Source of the DNA: Obrimoposthia wandeli
Taxonomy: Eukaryota
DNA: 64,000 nt
Assembly (NCBI GenBank): GCA_977020255.1
Contig: CDROCS010000864.1
Location: 1 to 64,000, forward strand
Reading direction: 5' to 3'
A program made the position numbers and the translations under genes. The notes below the pieces were generated by a model. It did not search any database and was not told where the DNA came from. It saw only the letters and a list, made by a program, of their open reading frames with translations. Every line of letters begins with the position of its first letter. Position 1 is the first letter of the stretch. Below, one piece after another: positions 9,696 through 20,858 of the stretch.

Positions 9696-11155
9696 TATTT
9701 CTCACTCTTATTAGCTTTAGCTTCAACTATACCTGTCACAGCTGCCGTATCACGGTTAGCAAACCAACTGCGGAATGACTCGCCATCTGGTTGTGGTAGG
9801 TCGCGGGCTTCAGTCCATTCAGCAACAGCGCCAACGTTAATCGGTAACTTGCCATCTTTAATCACTTTCGGCGCCACTTTACCGCCCACCTTCATCGCCA
9901 TGTTCCACAATTTAGGACTTGAATTAAGGTAATTAAATGCCGATACCGTTAGTCGTTCCGCCAATGGTGTGATCTTTTTAATCACCATTTTTTCACGATG
10001 CTTTAATAACAAATCTGATAGTGGGATCTTAACCGGACAGACATCATTACACGCTTGGCATAACGAACAGGCATACGGTAAATCTTGGAAATCATCATAA
10101 CCACCCAACAATGGTGACAATACCGCACCAATCGGTCCTGAGTAGATAGAACCGTAAGACTGACCACCAATATGGCGATAAGCAGGACAAGTATTTACAC
10201 ATGCTGCACAGCGGATACAGCGTAAGATGTCTTTAAATTCTGAGGCTAGAATGTCTGAACGACCGTTATCTAAGATCACTAAATGGAACTCTTCAGCGCC
10301 ATCCATATCGTTAGCTTCTCGCGGGCCAGTAATCGCGGTGACATAACCCGTTAATGGCAAACCAACCGCACTACGACACAACAAGCTGACCATAATATCC
10401 AGCTCTTCAAAGGTCGGAACAATACGCTCCATACCCATCACCGCGATATGTACTTTTGGTAATGAAGTAGCTAATCGCGCGTTACCTTCATTAGTCACTA
10501 AGCTAATTGAACCTGATTCGGCAACCGCAAAGTTACAGCCGGTAATACCAATGTCTGCTTCGATAAAGTCATGACGAATGTGTTCACGGACAAAACGGGT
10601 CATTTCTTCCGGATCAGAACTGCCTTTATAGCCAATCTTGTCTTCGAATACATCGCGGATCTGCTCACGATTTTTGTGCAGCGCTGGTACCACAATGTGT
10701 GAAGGTGGATCGCAATCATCCACTTGTAAAATGTATTCACCTAAATCGGTTTCAATCACTTCGCAGTTGTTACGTTGAATAACGGCGTTCAAGCCAATTT
10801 CTTCAGTCACCATGGATTTTGATTTAACGACTTTTTTAGCGTTTTTTTCTTGGATGATATTTTCAATGTAGTCTGTGGCTTGTTGCGATGTTTCAGCAAA
10901 AAACACATGACCACCGGCTTTTTGCACGTTTTCACTTAACTGATGTAAGTAGTAGTCAAGGTTGTCTAATACATGCTCACGGATCTGCTTACCGTTTTCA
11001 CGCCACTCATCCCAGTTACCGAGTTTGTCGGCCGCTAATTGACGATTAGTGAACATACGCTCTTGGGCATTGGCCACCGATTTACGCATAAAGCTATCTT
11101 GCATTTGATCTTTAATACGCTGCTTAAATATCACATCACTGGTTTTCATCGACAT
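9695..11155 (-). CDS. lutB: Lactate utilisation protein B (LutB/YkgF/LldF), Fe-S
   Basis: [41 protein letters not shown]; likely start MSMKT at 11155. Confidence 0.95.
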   Translation of the reverse strand: MSMKTSDVIFKQRIKDQMQDSFMRKSVANAQERMFTNRQLAADKLGNWDEWRENGKQIREHVLDNLDYYLHQLSENVQKAGGHVFFAETSQQATDYIENIIQEKNAKKVVKSKSMVTEEIGLNAVIQRNNCEVIETDLGEYILQVDDCDPPSHIVVPALHKNREQIRDVFEDKIGYKGSSDPEEMTRFVREHIRHDFIEADIGITGCNFAVAESGSISLVTNEGNARLATSLPKVHIAVMGMERIVPTFEELDIMVSLLCRSAVGLPLTGYVTAITGPREANDMDGAEEFHLVILDNGRSDILASEFKDILRCIRCAACVNTCPAYRHIGGQSYGSIYSGPIGAVLSPLLGGYDDFQDLPYACSLCQACNDVCPVKIPLSDLLLKHREKMVIKKITPLAERLTVSAFNYLNSSPKLWNMAMKVGGKVAPKVIKDGKLPINVGAVAEWTEARDLPQPDGESFRSWFANRDTAAVTGIVEAKANKSEK

Positions 11156-11156
11156 G

Positions 11157-11942
11157 TTAGTTAACCTCCACGGTAAGGCTATCATTATTTGTAATCGTTG
11201 ACTGGCTCAGATCATCAACAATGTTGCTCATTAGCACATCAACAATATGTAGCACTTTGACTGTTTTACCTTCACGCGATAAACGTCCGGCGATGTTCAT
11301 TAGACAACTCACGTCAGCACCAATTAAGTAATCGGGGGTGACAGCAGTAATATTTGCGGCTTTCTCTTTGACCATTTCACCAGATATTTCAGCCATTTTG
11401 ATTGAGAAGGTACCGCCAAAGCCACAGCAGGTTTCTTGATTTTTAATACCGACTAATTCTAGCCCTTCGACATTACCCAGTAATTTAAGCGGTTCTTCAC
11501 GCACACCTAATTTACGAATAAGACTACAAGAAGGATGATAAACGCCGCGCCCTGGTAGTTTCGCGCCGACGTTGACGATATTCAATTCGTTAACGATAAA
11601 CTGGGTTAACTCGAACAAGCGATCCGATACCGCTTGCGCACGCGCCGCCCACTCTGGTTCGTCCGCTAAGTACTCAGGGTATTTCTTTACCGCTGCTGCA
11701 CATGAACCCGCTGGCGTCACGATTGGATAGTCATTACCTTCAAAGGCTTGGATTAGTGATTTCATCGCTGGCTTGCTTGATTCGATATACCCGCTATTCA
11801 ATGACGGTTGACCGCAGCAGCCTTGCTCTTTCGGAAATAATACCTCGCAGCCTAACTGCTCTAGTAATAGCACTGTTTTTTTCGCTACGTTTGACTTAAC
11901 AACGTCACATAGACAGGTTACAAAAAAATTAACTTTCATCAT
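11157..11942 (-). CDS. lutA: Lactate utilisation protein A (LutA/YkgE/LldE)
   Basis: Two CCG motifs ([13 protein letters not shown]), FVTCLCD, YHPSC. Confidence 0.95.
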   Translation of the reverse strand: MMKVNFFVTCLCDVVKSNVAKKTVLLLEQLGCEVLFPKEQGCCGQPSLNSGYIESSKPAMKSLIQAFEGNDYPIVTPAGSCAAAVKKYPEYLADEPEWAARAQAVSDRLFELTQFIVNELNIVNVGAKLPGRGVYHPSCSLIRKLGVREEPLKLLGNVEGLELVGIKNQETCCGFGGTFSIKMAEISGEMVKEKAANITAVTPDYLIGADVSCLMNIAGRLSREGKTVKVLHIVDVLMSNIVDDLSQSTITNNDSLTVEVN

Positions 11943-12262
11943 CTCACCTTGCTCACCGAGCTTATTTTTTGCAGCATGATATAAGTAAGTATGGCAAAAA
12001 ACGAACGTGATTAGTCCCCATAAATATGCAAATTGGCTGTACTGTGTGATCTTAACTTTTTGTTAAAAATAACAATTTAATTTAAAACAATAGGTTACAT
12101 TTTTATGTAGCTAAAAAGTGAAGTGCCATTAGATCAAATATGGAAACAATGAAGTTCGACATTAATGGTAATGCCGCTATTTTTGGTTTAGTGCAATTAG
12201 TCAGCAGTTACTCGCGCTTGGCAATCGGTTTAACGATAGGCCTAGTTATAGACTTAGTTATA

Positions 12263-12407
12263 CCAATTCCTATAAATAACTGTACATAAAAATGCTATTG
12301 CTATCGCAAACATACATGGCCATGGATGGCCTTGTCTAAGCGAACAGGGATGTCTTGAGCGGTTTGCAGGAGTAATATCATTTTGATCACTTCGTTTTCG
12401 GAATTAG
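12263..12407. mobile_element. MITE-like element (145 bp) with imperfect terminal inverted repeats and TA flanks
   Basis: TA|CCAATTCC...GGAATTAG|TA; inner arms AAAATGCTATTGCT versus reverse complement AAAATGATATTACT; internal GGCCATGGATGGCC. Confidence 0.55.
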
Positions 12408-12953
12408 TACTATAGGTTTAGTTATAGGCTTCGTAATAGATAAAACAAGGGATTTAAGGAGTGTATGACGTGGTAATAAAATAACGTATTAATGCTTATA
12501 AATAGATAAACCCTATTTTTTGTGGTTGAATTTCATCAAAATTATTTACCTAATTACACTAAATCCATGAATCGCTTAATTTATCGATAATACCGCGCAA
12601 TTTTATTACCGTGCATTATGACAATCACTGTTTCTAATACCGCTACAATCATTTATGGTGTTTTATTGCTTGTTACGTAAGTTATTGATTTAAATCTTTT
12701 TGATAATTTACGTAATTTTACACTGCGTTGTTTATGTCACGTTTACAGCCCATAGTCCTAATTACATACCCCAAAAGAGGGGTGGAGTTTACTGCTCAAG
12801 CTCTTACAATCCATCTCCCACAAGACACGGGTATTCGAAAAGCGCAGTCATTTAGTTAACTGTACTTTATCTACAATACATTCAAATACGATTATAAATA
12901 GACTCAAGCATGACTATCAGCGTAAACCCGATAGACTTATAGCCTGAGCACAC

Positions 12954-14561
12954 ATGGAGTGGGTAGCAATGACATCCCTAATCTTGGCAATGATGCCAAT
13001 TATCGTCCTTATATGGATGATGACGAAAAAGAATGGTGTACCTTCATATATAGCACTGCCGTTAACGGCGTTGTTTGTCGGTGCACTGCAAATCTTTTAT
13101 TTCCAAACCGACCTGACGTTGATCTGGGCAAATGTAATCGCTGGTAGTTTGTCAGCAATTACGCCAATATCGATTATTGCCGGGGCAATTTTGATGAACC
13201 GCATGATGTGTCTAACGGGTGCTGAAAATACAATCAGCCGCTGGTTAGAAGGCATCAGCCTTAATAAAGTTGCTCAGTTAATGATCATTGGTTGGGCGTT
13301 TGCCTTCATGATTGAAGGTGCATCAGGCTTTGGTACGCCAGCAGCGATTGCAGCGCCTATCTTAGTTGGTTTAGGTTTCCCACCATTACAAGTGGCGATG
13401 TTAGCGCTAGTGATGAACTCGGTACCGGTATCGTTTGGTGCCGTGGGTACGCCGACGTGGTTTGGTTTTTCAAACTTAGGCTTAACGGATTCAGCTTTAC
13501 TTGAGATTGGTCAGCAAACTGCGATGATCCACTTTGTTGCGGCATTTGTTATCCCGGTATTGGCTTTACGCTTTGTTACGTCATGGACTGAGATCCGTCG
13601 TAACTACTTCTTCATTCTATTAAGTACCCTGTCTTGTACTATCCCGTATTTCTTGTTCGCACAATGGAACTATGAATTCCCTGCATTAGTCGGCGGCGCA
13701 ATTGGTTTGACGATCTCTATTGGTTTAGCCAAGTTAAACATCGGCCTTGCTAAAGCAGTAACGAATGAGACAGACAAGCAGACAACGCTAGCGACAGTAA
13801 GCCGTGGCGAGATCTTCAAAGCCATGACCCCGACTATCTTGCTAATCGTTATCTTAATCGTGACACGCATCCAACAGCTTGGTATTAAATCAATGCTGAC
13901 AGATGCAACGGAAGCATTATCGGTATCGCTCGGTAGCCTGGGTGACTTTAGTGTTAGCCAAGCGTTAATCTTAAAACTCAGTAACATCTTAGGGACTAAC
14001 GTCGCTTGGGCTTACAAAACCTTGTATGTACCTGCGTTGATCCCGTTCTTGTTAGTGGTATTAATTTCTATCCCACTATTCAAAGTTAAAGGCAGCATGG
14101 TTAAGCAGGTATTTAGCGAAACTGGTAGCCGTATCAAAATGCCATTTATAACTTTAATTGGCGCGTTGATTATGGTGAAACTGATGATGGCTGGCGGTGA
14201 AAACTCGCCTATCCTGATCATCGGTATGGCGTTCTCTGATTTGATGGGCACTAACTGGCAGTTTGCTTCTGCTTATCTTGGCGCACTGGGTGCATTCTTC
14301 TCGGGTTCGGCGACGGTATCTAACCTGACATTTGGTGCTATTCAGCAAACGATTGCGACGACAGTTGGCTTACCTGAAACAACTATCTTGGCACTGCAAT
14401 CTGTTGGTGGCGCGATGGGTAACATGGTCTGTATTAACAATATCATTGCGGTATCGACTATCTTGGGTATTTCTAACAAAGAAGGTTACATCATCAAACG
14501 TACCGTTATTCCGATGGTTATCTACGGTGTGATTGCAGCGGTAGTGAGTACGCTTTTATAA
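12954..14561 (+). CDS. lldP: L-lactate permease (LctP family)
   Basis: FMIEGASGFGTPAAIAAP, GAFFSGSATVSNL, GNMVCINNI. Confidence 0.95.
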   Translation: MEWVAMTSLILAMMPIIVLIWMMTKKNGVPSYIALPLTALFVGALQIFYFQTDLTLIWANVIAGSLSAITPISIIAGAILMNRMMCLTGAENTISRWLEGISLNKVAQLMIIGWAFAFMIEGASGFGTPAAIAAPILVGLGFPPLQVAMLALVMNSVPVSFGAVGTPTWFGFSNLGLTDSALLEIGQQTAMIHFVAAFVIPVLALRFVTSWTEIRRNYFFILLSTLSCTIPYFLFAQWNYEFPALVGGAIGLTISIGLAKLNIGLAKAVTNETDKQTTLATVSRGEIFKAMTPTILLIVILIVTRIQQLGIKSMLTDATEALSVSLGSLGDFSVSQALILKLSNILGTNVAWAYKTLYVPALIPFLLVVLISIPLFKVKGSMVKQVFSETGSRIKMPFITLIGALIMVKLMMAGGENSPILIIGMAFSDLMGTNWQFASAYLGALGAFFSGSATVSNLTFGAIQQTIATTVGLPETTILALQSVGGAMGNMVCINNIIAVSTILGISNKEGYIIKRTVIPMVIYGVIAAVVSTLL

Positions 14562-14605
14562 GGGTTAGATGTGGGGTTATTGCCCTGCGTGATTAATGTT
14601 TAAAT

Positions 14606-14637
14606 AAAAAACCAACGGCGCAGGCTGTTGGTTTTTT
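14606..14637 (+). terminator. Intrinsic terminator after lactate permease
   Basis: AAAAAACCAAC..GTTGGTTTTTT. Confidence 0.75.
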
Positions 14638-14699
14638 ATTTAAGGCATAAGCGATAAAGTAACTATTGAGAATAAATTAGTTCTGCTTTGTCACACGTA

Positions 14700-15068
14700 T
14701 CACTCTGGTAAAAATGGCATGAAAGTACGTAGCATAAAAACAAAAAACAAGGATGCACCTAATGTCATGAATGAATTTTTTCGATAATCATAGTTAATCT
14801 TATCAACGACAAATATCCTTATACTAATTGCGATCAAGTTGAACACTAGAGCGATAGGTACTTCGATTATATGGCTTAAGCTTTGCTGACCATATCCAAT
14901 GTAAGTCACCATAATCCAAAACAGAACCAAAAATATGGGAGCGCAGATATCACTCCAAAACAAGCCATGCCTCGATTTGGCTGCGATCCAAGAGAGTACA
15001 GTTAAAAATCCATATAGCAATATTGATAATAAAAATAATCCGTCCAAAATACATTCTCCAACAAGCAT
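14700..15068 (-). CDS. Hypothetical membrane protein
   Basis: 122 aa, about four hydrophobic segments, AT-rich. Confidence 0.65.
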   Translation of the reverse strand: MLVGECILDGLFLLSILLYGFLTVLSWIAAKSRHGLFWSDICAPIFLVLFWIMVTYIGYGQQSLSHIIEVPIALVFNLIAISIRIFVVDKINYDYRKNSFMTLGASLFFVFMLRTFMPFLPE

Positions 15069-15134
15069 GACATGTGCATAGCGGCTCTAAAGGCATAAAA
15101 ATAGCGCGTATACTACGGCGCTATTACGATCAAC

Positions 15135-16163
15135 CTAAGGCGTAGTTAATGTATATTGCACCATTTCCTTTGTCGTCATTAAGTGCATACCTTTAGCGGG
15201 TGCAGCATTAATCGTAAAAAAGTAAAACTCAGGGCCTTTATCAGTACCTAGCATTTCTCTAAAGTAAGTCAATTGTGCGCCATGGGCTTTATCATCCTTA
15301 CTTAATTGACCAGCATCTTTGCCATCATCGGTGCAACACCAAGAATGCACACCAATTTTACCACCAACTTCATAAATACGCTGCGAACCAGCTGCAAATA
15401 AGTCCACACCACCAGAGTATGCTTCACCATTTTTTGGCATGAACGTCGTTAAGTGGGCATTTCGAATTAATCGTCCAGTGTGCATATTAATACCATCATT
15501 CTCTGAACCTGGTACATTGCTCAGTATTAATGTATCTACACTCTTTGTGTTGATCATGTCTTGAATCTGAATGTATGTTGACGTGCCTAAAGTGCCTGAC
15601 AGTGTCGCTTTATTTCCGTTAATAACGAGCTTGCTATCGCCGGCTCCCATCAGATACTCGTTCAATTGCAAGCGAACTGAATAGATACCCTCGGTTGCTT
15701 TATCTTTCACTGAACCACTATAAATCATCGTACCGTCATCTTCACTTAACTTAATATCAACCCCAGTTAGAATACGCGTACTACTAAAATTAGCTAAATC
15801 CGAAGTATCCCCTTCATACAGCGTCAGAGAAGCGATTGCCTCGTCATTTTCAAAGTCAAATCCAGCATACGCAAGCCCTTTATCATATTTAATAATAATG
15901 GTGTCTTTCGTCTTATCAACATACGCTATTTTTGATTCAACACCTTCAAAAATGAGTTTTAGATTTACTGCTTGTAATTTAAATTCTGCGATGTAATTCG
16001 CGATCTCACTTGGCTGTATCTCATGCACAACTGGTAATGTTGGCGTTGTTGGTTTTACCGGAAGAACAGGCTTGGTCGGTTTTGTTGTTTTTGATTCATT
16101 TGAAGAGTTACAACCTTGTAAGCCCAGTACCGCGATTAATATCAATAACGAGATTTTTTTCAT
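15135..16163 (-). CDS. Lipoprotein with Pro/Thr linker and C-terminal COG3904-like (ClpP/crotonase-like) domain
   Basis: Likely start MKKISLL at 16163, lipobox LQGC; C-terminal YSGGVDLFAAG..R......IGVHSW. Confidence 0.75.
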   Translation of the reverse strand: MKKISLLILIAVLGLQGCNSSNESKTTKPTKPVLPVKPTTPTLPVVHEIQPSEIANYIAEFKLQAVNLKLIFEGVESKIAYVDKTKDTIIIKYDKGLAYAGFDFENDEAIASLTLYEGDTSDLANFSSTRILTGVDIKLSEDDGTMIYSGSVKDKATEGIYSVRLQLNEYLMGAGDSKLVINGNKATLSGTLGTSTYIQIQDMINTKSVDTLILSNVPGSENDGINMHTGRLIRNAHLTTFMPKNGEAYSGGVDLFAAGSQRIYEVGGKIGVHSWCCTDDGKDAGQLSKDDKAHGAQLTYFREMLGTDKGPEFYFFTINAAPAKGMHLMTTKEMVQYTLTTP

Positions 16164-16651
16164 GATTAATTTCTTATTTAATAGTGAATTATTTGATAAC
16201 ACTATTATCCATAAAATGAGGGGGTTCTGGGTAAGGATTGGTATACGTTTGTAAGGGGGTGTCGTCAATTCGTCAGTGCTTGTCATCGAGGGCATACACT
16301 AAAGATGAGGTTTCTATGAATAGGACATTAATAGATTTATTCAATTCAAATGCAGAAAATAAAGCAAAATAAAGCAAAATAAATAATGAGAATGAGCGAA
16401 TACCGCCGAGAAGAAGAACCGCGTCTAGAAACCCACAAAACAAAAATGATGACGCAGCAGTTAAAACAAGCAACCTTGCGATTGGAAGTTGTAGAGCTAA
16501 TGTCCCAATATCAAAACTTGAGTGTCAGTCAACAAACAAGAAATATGTTCAGTTGGCAACTCAGACAACAATAGACATCGTCATTTAAGTTTCATTCCAT
16601 AACGATACAAGTATTGTCGTCATAATAACCTAAGAATATAATTGTAACTGA

Positions 16652-16665
16652 TTGACATTAATCAA
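16652..16665. promoter_or_regulatory. FNR-like site
   Basis: TTGAC-ATTA-ATCAA, 9/10 to TTGAT-N4-ATCAA, upstream of the PAS-GGDEF gene. Confidence 0.45.
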
Positions 16666-16699
16666 TTTAGATAACCATTACGAATGTTAAAATTATTTT

Positions 16700-18436
16700 G
16701 TGATAGATATCAACTGTATCATGACCGCAGCTATGGACAACGATGTTATTTTTAAGGGATACCAACTAATGGGTTTATCAGATAAAAGACTATTTGAACA
16801 AGGTCCGGTGATATGTTTTACCAGACACCTTGTCCCTGGTTGGCCGCTATTATCCGTCACGGATAACATCAACCAATTTGGCTATGAAGCAGAAGAATTC
16901 CTGTCGGAAAAACGCCTGTTTACCCAAATAGTACACCCTGAAGATATCGAGCGTATTACCGCCGAAGTGAATACGTGCTTAACGACCAATACTGAATCCT
17001 TGGAACAAGATTACAGGATCATTACCCGCAGTGGTGAAGTTCGCAGGGTCTATGATAAAACCATCATCATCACCGATGAACAAGGCGAAAAGACAATAGC
17101 CCAAGGATACTTGCTGGATATTACCGACCGAAGACGCAAGGAACCGTTATTTAAAAACGATATCAACAATGAACAACTGTTTCGAACCGTTATTGAAACG
17201 ACGTCGGAAGGTTTTTTGATGGTCGATAATGACTTCAACATCACCTTTGCCAATCATGCTTTGTGCCACCTTACGGGATATGAACTCGCCGAGTTAAAGG
17301 GACTTTCAGCCATTGATTATGTAACGCCTGAATTCAAGCATACTTTTACTCCGCAATTGAATCGTCGCGATATTCAACTGCATCGTGACGAAGATTTAAT
17401 TATTCGACATAAAAGCGGTCAGGAAATAAATGTACGGTTAACGGCAACAACGATGCGTGATGGTTGTGGTTTTTTTGCTTTTGTGACGAACATTACCACG
17501 CATAAAAAGACTGAAATACAACTTCAAAAACTGTCAAGAGCTGTCGAACACAGTGCCAGTTCCATCATGATCACCGATAAACATGGCATTATTGAGTACA
17601 TAAATCCCAGATTTTGCGAAGTAACCGGATACAGCGAGTCGGAAGCAATAGGTCAAACACCAAGTATTATTAGCACCAAAGAAACGCCTCCAGCTTGTCA
17701 TCAAGAGTTATGGAGCACCATACTTGCCGGTAACAATTGGCATGGTGAAACCTTTAATCGAACAAAACACGGTGCTTATTATTGGTCACTTATGTCAATC
17801 TCTCCAGTGATGGATGATCAAGGTGAGATAAGCCACTTTATTAGTGTCAGTGAAGACATTACCACACAAAAAGATCAGCAAATTAAAATTGAGAAAATAG
17901 CCCTTTATGACCCATTGACAGGTTTAGCTAATCGACGTTTGTTATACGATAGATTGAATCAATCGACGGAGATATTGCAGCGCCAACAAGACGCGGGTAT
18001 CGGGGTTATCATGCTTGATTTGGATTACTTTAAAGCTATTAATGACACCTATGGACATGATGTTGGTGACGAACTGTTAAAAGAGGTTGGTCTGAGGCTA
18101 ACTGATTGCGTACGTTCGGAAGACACGGTTTCTCGCCCAGGTGGTGACGAGTTCACGATCTTACTGCAAGACGTCACTCATCCAGAAGACATACAAGCTG
18201 TCGCACAAAAGATCCTGCAATCGGTGCGTCGCAGTATCAACATTGATAAGTACAGCTTTAAAATTACCTGCAGTATCGGGATCAGTATTGCGCCGTTACA
18301 TACCTATGAGCCAAAAGCATTATTGAAATATGCCGATCTTGCTCTTTACCAAGCAAAAGATAGTGGCCGTGACAACTTTCAATTCTTTGATGCTAATATG
18401 CAAGTAAAGCATCAGGACTGTATGCAAAGGGGATGA
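16700..18436 (+). CDS. Diguanylate cyclase, 3 PAS domains + GGDEF
   Basis: Three PAS/PAC repeats; intact GGDEF with RSED I-site; exact start uncertain (16700 or 16769). Confidence 0.92.
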   Translation: MIDINCIMTAAMDNDVIFKGYQLMGLSDKRLFEQGPVICFTRHLVPGWPLLSVTDNINQFGYEAEEFLSEKRLFTQIVHPEDIERITAEVNTCLTTNTESLEQDYRIITRSGEVRRVYDKTIIITDEQGEKTIAQGYLLDITDRRRKEPLFKNDINNEQLFRTVIETTSEGFLMVDNDFNITFANHALCHLTGYELAELKGLSAIDYVTPEFKHTFTPQLNRRDIQLHRDEDLIIRHKSGQEINVRLTATTMRDGCGFFAFVTNITTHKKTEIQLQKLSRAVEHSASSIMITDKHGIIEYINPRFCEVTGYSESEAIGQTPSIISTKETPPACHQELWSTILAGNNWHGETFNRTKHGAYYWSLMSISPVMDDQGEISHFISVSEDITTQKDQQIKIEKIALYDPLTGLANRRLLYDRLNQSTEILQRQQDAGIGVIMLDLDYFKAINDTYGHDVGDELLKEVGLRLTDCVRSEDTVSRPGGDEFTILLQDVTHPEDIQAVAQKILQSVRRSINIDKYSFKITCSIGISIAPLHTYEPKALLKYADLALYQAKDSGRDNFQFFDANMQVKHQDCMQRG

Positions 18437-18455
18437 TGGGCGTGACTATGCTGCG

Positions 18456-18758
18456 TCATTTTTCTTGAGCATTAAGATAGCAAAAAGTGAGCATGAGCTC
18501 CACATCATCTTGTGCTATATCTTCTATATCGTGATTGCCAGAACAAATGTAAATAGGCACAGGTAACGTCATTAAAAACTGACGATACCATGCGGCCTGT
18601 TCAGACAAAGACTGCGCGGCGTTGATACTACCATCAAACAAATTACCAGAAATTCAGATAACATCAACGGATTGCTGCTCGCCCAACCATTCACAAGCGG
18701 GGCGATTAAAATGCAGGTCTGTCACGTGCAAAATGCTGAGGTTATCTCTTTTGGTCAT
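18456..18758 (-). pseudogene. Decayed calcineurin-like metallophosphoesterase
   Basis: ATG 18758: MTKRDNLSILHVTDLHF..., in-frame TGA at 18654-18656, then ISGNLFD and GNHD; ends after about 100 codons. Confidence 0.8.
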
Positions 18759-18831
18759 GTGGTATCGAACGCCGTTTTAAGCTATTAAAATTTAAAATGT
18801 GCTTCGAATTTCGTCTTTATACAAAAGTAAT

Positions 18832-19176
18832 TTAGCTATGGATATTATCGTCCGCTAACATGCCTTTAATATCATTTGCTAACATTTCAATAATATCGGC
18901 ATAAGTAAATTCTTCCGATAAGTTATCTTCATTAAAAACGGCTGTGCCAGTATATTTTTTATGGCTGCGACTTTGATAAACAGTAATAAGATGGCGATCT
19001 GGTGCAATTGGACCGAATTCTTTTTTCACTTGATAATTAGGTAAATCACCGGTACCCGTAGTGCCAAATCGAACGGTTGCATTCAAGCTTTTACTGCCCA
19101 TGTTGTTCAATACCGATTGCAAAAATACAGATCCTTTTTGAGCAATACGTTCTTTAGTCCATAGTGGTTTTTTCAT
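18832..19176 (-). CDS. Hypothetical protein
   Basis: 114-aa ORF whose ATG is 1 nt after the upstream stop; no motif recognised. Confidence 0.65.
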   Translation of the reverse strand: MKKPLWTKERIAQKGSVFLQSVLNNMGSKSLNATVRFGTTGTGDLPNYQVKKEFGPIAPDRHLITVYQSRSHKKYTGTAVFNEDNLSEEFTYADIIEMLANDIKGMLADDNIHS

Positions 19177-19177
19177 A

Positions 19178-19552
19178 TTAACAAGCCTTCTTTGAATAAG
19201 TTGTTGAAGTACTAAAAAGCTGTGGTCTGGTAACCGTGCTCGCTTTTAATTTAATCCGTGATTGATTCTGTGAATAGCCAAGTTCATTTGCAATCGCTTT
19301 AATAAAAGCGCCGCATATTTTCTTATATCTGTCTTTTAGGCTTTTATCCACATCATCAGAGAATATATACAAGGTTAGTAGGTTTGGGGTAATTACCTCA
19401 AGTGGGCTCTTACCAAGATATAAAGCAGCGTCAATACGAATCAGATTGTTGGGTGTTTTTAAAAATGCCCATAATTCTTTAACTTCTTGCTGTTCAAATA
19501 AAGATTGAAATGAAGAATGCGGCACAAAGTGCAATTCATCTAAATTTAACAT
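19178..19552 (-). CDS. Hypothetical protein
   Basis: Likely start MLNLDE at 19552 behind AAGGGG; AT-rich; no motif recognised. Confidence 0.65.
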   Translation of the reverse strand: MLNLDELHFVPHSSFQSLFEQQEVKELWAFLKTPNNLIRIDAALYLGKSPLEVITPNLLTLYIFSDDVDKSLKDRYKKICGAFIKAIANELGYSQNQSRIKLKASTVTRPQLFSTSTTYSKKAC

Positions 19553-19880
19553 TTTAACCCCTTTGATTTGGTCAGCCAAACACTATAGCCTTATTTTACT
19601 AGTAAGTCAAATCAACAGTAGGCGATTCATGTAGGTTGGGATTAAATGAAGGTATTTAAATAAGGCTCTTAAGTCATGCTCTTTAAATAAATAGACTATC
19701 TGATTAAAAAAGCAAAAAAAATCCCACTTACTGCAAATAAGGGGGATTTTTCATAAAGGGTATATTGTGTTCTGTTACGGTAAAGACGAAGAAACAAACA
19801 GAAACAATCAACTAAACTTGAGTTACACGTCTCTCACTCGGAGTGGCTATTTCAATAAGCTCGGTATTGATTAGCCAAGA

Positions 19881-20858
19881 TTAGAAAGAGTAACGAGCGC
19901 CCATGATGAATTCATCAGCATTGTTATTATTACCATGACCTGCTGAAGTATCATCATCTAATGCAAATTTATAACCAGTGTAAACTGCAACATCACCGAT
20001 GTAACGACCATACTCAACAGCGACAAAATTAAGGTCTAGTTCTTCTGAACCATCGTTGCTGTAATAGTTATATGAAACACTGACTAAGTTTTCGCCGAAA
20101 CCATAAGATGCGAATGCGTCAACAGCATCGAAGTCTTCACCACCGAAGCTACCTGTTTGTACTAGGCCAGAAACTAATAATGTTTCTTTGCTGTAACGTG
20201 CACCAACCATATATACGTCTGATGATTCAGTTTCATCAAGACCGATAATATTACCGGCACCTTCGCCTTCAGAACCAGCATAAGCAGCACTTAATTCAAA
20301 ACCTTCAGTCAGTTTGTAAGCAACCATTAAGCCACCGCCATTTTGATCTGCTTTCAAGTTAGCTGATGCGTTTAATTTGAAATCACCTTTAGTTAGGCTA
20401 TAAAGCACAGTGTCTTCTGCACGGTCATCACTTGCATTGATTTTACCATTGGTGTAACCACTGAAGTATTCAGACATATCGGTGAAATTAGTGAGGTATG
20501 TAACCGCGTTGTCTTGTGTACCGTATGTTACTGTACCGAAAACTGTTTCAGCACCTACGTATAAGTAACGTAAATCATTTTCAACTTCAGTATCATCAGT
20601 AGTGTTAGCTTGCGTTAATTCAACTTCAATTTTACCCACTGCTGTAACAGATTCATTAATCTCTTGTTTGCCTTGACCGTATACACGAACACGAGATGCA
20701 TCTGAAAAATCACTATCGGCAAGTACGCCCCTCGCTTCAATACGACCACCAAAAGAAAAATCATCGGTATTTACGCTTTCAGCTAGAGTCGGCATAGATA
20801 CAACAGCTGCTAATGTGAGAGATAATGCTTTATTTATTTTTGTCATGAACAATTCCAA
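19881..20858 (-). CDS. Trimeric Gram-negative porin (OmpU/OmpC-like)
   Basis: Signal peptide, alternating beta-strands, RYLYVG, C-terminal GARYSF. Confidence 0.92.
   Translation of the reverse strand: MELFMTKINKALSLTLAAVVSMPTLAESVNTDDFSFGGRIEARGVLADSDFSDASRVRVYGQGKQEINESVTAVGKIEVELTQANTTDDTEVENDLRYLYVGAETVFGTVTYGTQDNAVTYLTNFTDMSEYFSGYTNGKINASDDRAEDTVLYSLTKGDFKLNASANLKADQNGGGLMVAYKLTEGFELSAAYAGSEGEGAGNIIGLDETESSDVYMVGARYSKETLLVSGLVQTGSFGGEDFDAVDAFASYGFGENLVSVSYNYYSNDGSEELDLNFVAVEYGRYIGDVAVYTGYKFALDDDTSAGHGNNNNADEFIMGARYSF

Noticed and set aside
16164-16295. 44-aa N-terminal extension of the lipoprotein ORF (similar extensions at lutB, nagE, GNAT 28820)
   Set aside because: Signal peptide, homology or RBS position indicate downstream starts
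18654-18656. In-frame TGA as possible selenocysteine
   Set aside because: Position is not a catalytic Cys, no SECIS-like hairpin was evident, and the gene is also truncated and motif-degenerate
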